From contig OZ365115.1 in NCBI GenBank assembly GCA_977030845.1, positions 6,696,001 to 6,760,000 on the forward strand: a stretch of DNA of 64,000 nt, read 5' to 3'. Positions 60,415 through 64,000 of the stretch are shown piece after piece (positions within the stretch are counted from its first letter, which is position 1; each line of letters starts with the position of its first letter). The notes below the pieces were generated by a model that was not told the origin of the DNA, made no database searches, and saw only the letters and a list, made by a program, of their open reading frames with translations. The DNA comes from Fimbriosthenelais zetlandica. Its lineage: Eukaryota. The position numbers and the translations under genes are program-made.

Positions 60415-63400
60415 ATGTGGTGTGTCAATCAGGCCAGTGGATGTGGCCGGGAGCGACTTCACACTGATAAGGACGAATGGGACAGTGAGTTAAAAATATT
60501 GGTAATTGGTGGACCAGGAACAGGGAAAACAGGTAAAAAAGATTTTGTTTACATAAACTCAATGGTACAATCCCTCATTCTCTTCCTAACTCAATCTCTC
60601 ACCCACCTGCTTGCTCGCTCATTCTCTTCATCACTCGCTCGTATGTTTAAACATATAAACCTACTCTCAATCGCAATCTCTCATTTTCTTGCTCACACAA
60701 TCAATCCTTCACTTGCTCCCCAGGGGCGTAGGAAGCAACTTAATGTAGGGCATCAGACGAATCTATAGGGTATAGATAGACGCGTCTACCGTAGGGATTC
60801 TATAGGATATCAGACGCGTCTACCATAGGGAATCCATATGGTATCAGACGCGTCTACAATAGGGAATCTCTAGGGTATCAGACGCGTCTACCATAGGGAT
60901 AACATCACTTTATTCACGCTGTTAAGGGGTAATAAATTTCCTATTTAAGCGATTATGTATTTGCCTGACAAAAGGTCAGATCTATTTTGAAAGAAGATTT
61001 ATAGTAGGTCATCCTGTGAGGTCTATGGGGAGATGTGGTAGGGGTTGTCAAGTTAATAAGGTACAAGTTATGACCATTTCCCTGCTGTTGTTGGCTTGAA
61101 CCATCATGTGCACAGTGGCATTAACTTAAAATATGATCCTGTACGCGTATTCACACTGGAATTTTCAAATAAGTGGCATTCCCCATGTTCACTTTGTTGA
61201 AATCTTGTGCACTGGCCAATGTTAAGTCCCTTGGATATAAAAAGTGGTTCATCAGGCTTTGGGCGATAGTGTAAATTTTGCATTGTTTAAAGCAGGATAA
61301 ACGACTATAGTTCCTTTTAAACTCAACTTGCACTTGGTCGGAGTTCTATAGTTTGTGTTTTCTGTATTATAATGTTTTCTGTATTGAAAATACTCACTAA
61401 ACTTTTAAATGTTCACTCCAATATTTTTCACATAGTACATGTACTGTCAGCAGCGTTTAGAGCACGTTTAGAGCTAGCTTTTTAACCAAATTTATCTCAT
61501 GTGAAGCGCATAGAAATGAACATGATACTTGCGCTATATAAATGAACTATTACATTACATTACATTACATTATGTTTCTGTAATATCATCTCTAAAGGTT
61601 TCACTGTGTAATTTCCATGCGAATAAATGGATTTCAAACAAACAAACTGATACTATAACAGCTAGAAAATGACAGTCAGATCGAGCTTAATAATCAGTAT
61701 TATAACATAATTACTTGTCATAGGTTTGGAAAATCCCATACATCCTATATTATGGAGTGCAATGAAAGGTGAATGAACTTTTCTCTCAGCTTGCGTCTCA
61801 GGCGCAGGGTTAGAGAAAAGTCGGCGTCTGGAGTACTACCGATCAATCCTTCCCCTCGTCAGTGCATTGCCAGTTATTGGGTTAAAAACCATTGTCGGAT
61901 CCAAGGGTGGTCTAAGATGCCTATTCCATCTCGCCCTTGTTCCAGTTCTCACACATACAATATATATTATAAAACCTACATTGAAAATGTATTAAAGGGA
62001 CGAGGGTGTTGATAATACAATAATTGATTTATTTTTAAATTATGTTATTTTTCTTCCATTAAGTTTGGGTTTCGATATTCATTATCAATTCCTTTATGCT
62101 TGTTTTATTTATTTTCAGTGAAATCTAAAAAAAAGGCACCTATGTGTTCCCCAAACCATATAAAATGTATAGATCACAGTCAGTGTGTGTAGAGAACAAT
62201 ATTGTTTATACAGTGAGTAATTCTGTGTTACTAGAAGTAGAAGACAGTGAGGCCTCGCTGGTGTGGTAGCCATTAGGTTATAGGGCATAAATAATGCTGC
62301 TTCCACCCTGCCTCATCCATCACTCAAATTGGTCTCAGATCTGTGAGAAAAGAGCTCTTGGTCGAAGAGCTAACTTGGCCAGTAAATATGGTGCCATTTA
62401 CTTCTCCAATAAATCCCCTTTGATCACTTGTTAAAAGCTTGATGCTCTAACTTACATCAATTACAATTTGCCATTCAATTTCTTCTTGTCCTGTAACACC
62501 GTGCTGGCCTACGTTTATCTTGACATTTCACCCAAAATTGGAGGAAATTTAGAGCAAAAATGATGTTTCAAGTAGCGACGTGGGAAAGTAATACAATGTT
62601 AAAACAAGCTTGTCTTCTTTCCAGCGTTTTGCAAGAAGTTCTTCCAGGAAAAGTATCCCGAATCTAACAACTCCATCGTTTCCATTTCTTCAGGTACCTA
62701 TTGTTTTTTTAATATTTTATTTGAACGGAGGATTTACCCTCCAGAAATGAATTATATAAATACAGATATTACCATTTCAAGGACTACACATTCACATTAA
62801 CCTTTAGGAATCAAATATAAAATGAAAAGTAATTTAGGAATTCAAATTTCAGAGTCATTCTGTGAGAAAGTAGAGGAAGTGGATGGAGAAGTGGCTATAC
62901 TCAGGATTATTGACATCTCTACAGAATTCCCCGTGAGTTTTATGAAATTTGCAAGAAAGCCTTGTCATGAACACCGGTTTCCTTTTCCCCATCACATAAT
63001 ACGCTATATAGAAATTATTTGAGTTTAATCATGTGTGTGTTTTTTGTGATTTTTCTATAAATTTCTAGATCTCTTGTCCGCAGGCCCGGACGCCGCAGAA
63101 CTGCATGCAGGGGAATCTGAAGAAGATGATCCAGGCAGCAGAAGGGTTCGCATTAGTTTACTCTGTAACCGATAGGAGGAGTCTGGTCATAGTCCACCAA
63201 CTCGTCTCTTACATCCAACATGCCAAGAAGTCCACCGACCTTCCTTTAGTTCTAGTAGGCAATAAAATGGACATTTGGACAGAGCGCTGCATAAGCCGAG
63301 AAGAGGGCCGGAAGTTGGCCTTCGATCTCGGCATTGCCTTCTACGAGACTTCATCGAGACTAGATGTAGGTCACGTGAGCAAAATCTTCCATGACGTAGT

Positions 63401-63575
63401 ACGTCAGATCCGGTGCGTTCGAATGCGCAAGGACTTTGAGAGGAAGCACCAAACACAGCATAAAAGTGTAGAAGAACAAGCATGTAACTTTAGTCGCAAC
63501 ATTATGAGTAGGTTAAGTTTTAGAACTGTCGGCACGAGTTGTCGAAAGAAAACAGAGAGGAAGATGTCACAATGA
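60415..63575 (+). CDS. Atypical Ras-family small GTPase, RERG/RASL11/RASL12-like (~252 aa), 4 coding exons
   Basis: Exons 60415-60532, 62625-62693, 62853-62932, 63084-63575 (759 nt; phases 1,1,0). G1 LKILVIGGPGTGKT; G3 position IIDIST; EGFALVYSVTDRRS; G4 LVLVGNKMD; G5 FYETSSRLDVGHVSKIFHDVVR. No CAAX box. The start codon and exon 2 are the least certain parts. Confidence 0.82.
60752..60899. repeat. 34-bp minisatellite built on the palindrome AGACGCGTCT, in intron 1 of the Ras-like gene
   Basis: Exact AGACGCGTCT at 60778, 60812, 60846 and 60880 (period 34), plus a degenerate copy at ~60755. Preceded by CAGGGGCGTAGGAAGC at 60721. Confidence 0.92.
61550..61572. repeat. (TTACA)4 microsatellite
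   Basis: Direct reading. Confidence 0.9.
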
Positions 63576-64000
63576 CATTAAGCATCATTAAAAGGACTTA
63601 GCCTGCACTGAGGCAAATGATGTAGGACAATTATTATACTAATATCGGAAATAATCTGCAAGTCTTGGATAAATCAGGTTTACAGAAGATATTTTGCTAT
63701 CAAAAAAAAAATGATCTGGGAGGTGATTCTGGAACTTAAATAAAGCATTTTGTGTCCTCCAATTACATTAATTTTGCTTAAATTAGGCCTACACCTTAAT
63801 GGATGTGATGTCTGTCTGCAATTGGTCAACATTGCTATTACTGGCCTGGCTGTAATCCACTGTTCATTTTTCAGAGTCGTTTCTTAAACATTGTGCTCAT
63901 ATTCATTTTTTTATGCAATTGCTACTACCCTGATTGACGTTTGTACATTCCATCCTGTGCACGATATATATTTCCCAGCGCTCTATCTCCCTATTGGTTG

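Noticed and set aside
60752-60899. CRISPR-like appearance of the palindromic 34-bp repeat
   Set aside because: The intervening sequences are homologous to each other rather than unique spacers, there are no cas genes, and the context is a eukaryotic intron.

Overview
AT-rich, intron-rich invertebrate animal genomic DNA (GT-AG introns; phylum cannot be fixed from sequence alone). It is not prokaryotic, and no CRISPR array or autonomous transposon was found. Hand-spliced, phase-consistent gene models: (1) LMF2, lipase maturation factor 2, minus strand, 16 coding exons, 23474-2156, ~661 aa. (2) An LRR-Roc-COR (MFHAS1-like Roco) gene, plus strand, 17010-20309, ~1048 aa, nested antisense in the 12-kb intron 6 of LMF2 and bracketed by RFX X-box-like motifs. 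(3) NCAPH2, plus strand, 19 coding exons, 24395-30137, ~616 aa, head-to-head with LMF2 across a ~280-bp shared promoter, the same arrangement as in human. (4) tRNA-His(GTG). (5) A 1132-aa proline-rich protein with Cobl-type KRAP motifs and WH2-like helices. (6) Three probable microprotein genes at 41.9-50.9 kb: a 114-aa GPI-type mucin, a 65-aa secreted Cys4/acidic peptide, and a 73-aa single-pass membrane protein. (7) A RERG/RASL11/12-like small GTPase with a degenerate G3 motif. Non-coding oddities include a hammerhead-ribozyme-like core, a 226-bp tandem duplication carrying ETS and CTCF-like motifs, a 34-bp palindromic minisatellite, and enriched TA-flanked palindromes. All family assignments come from motif recognition by eye; no database search was run.
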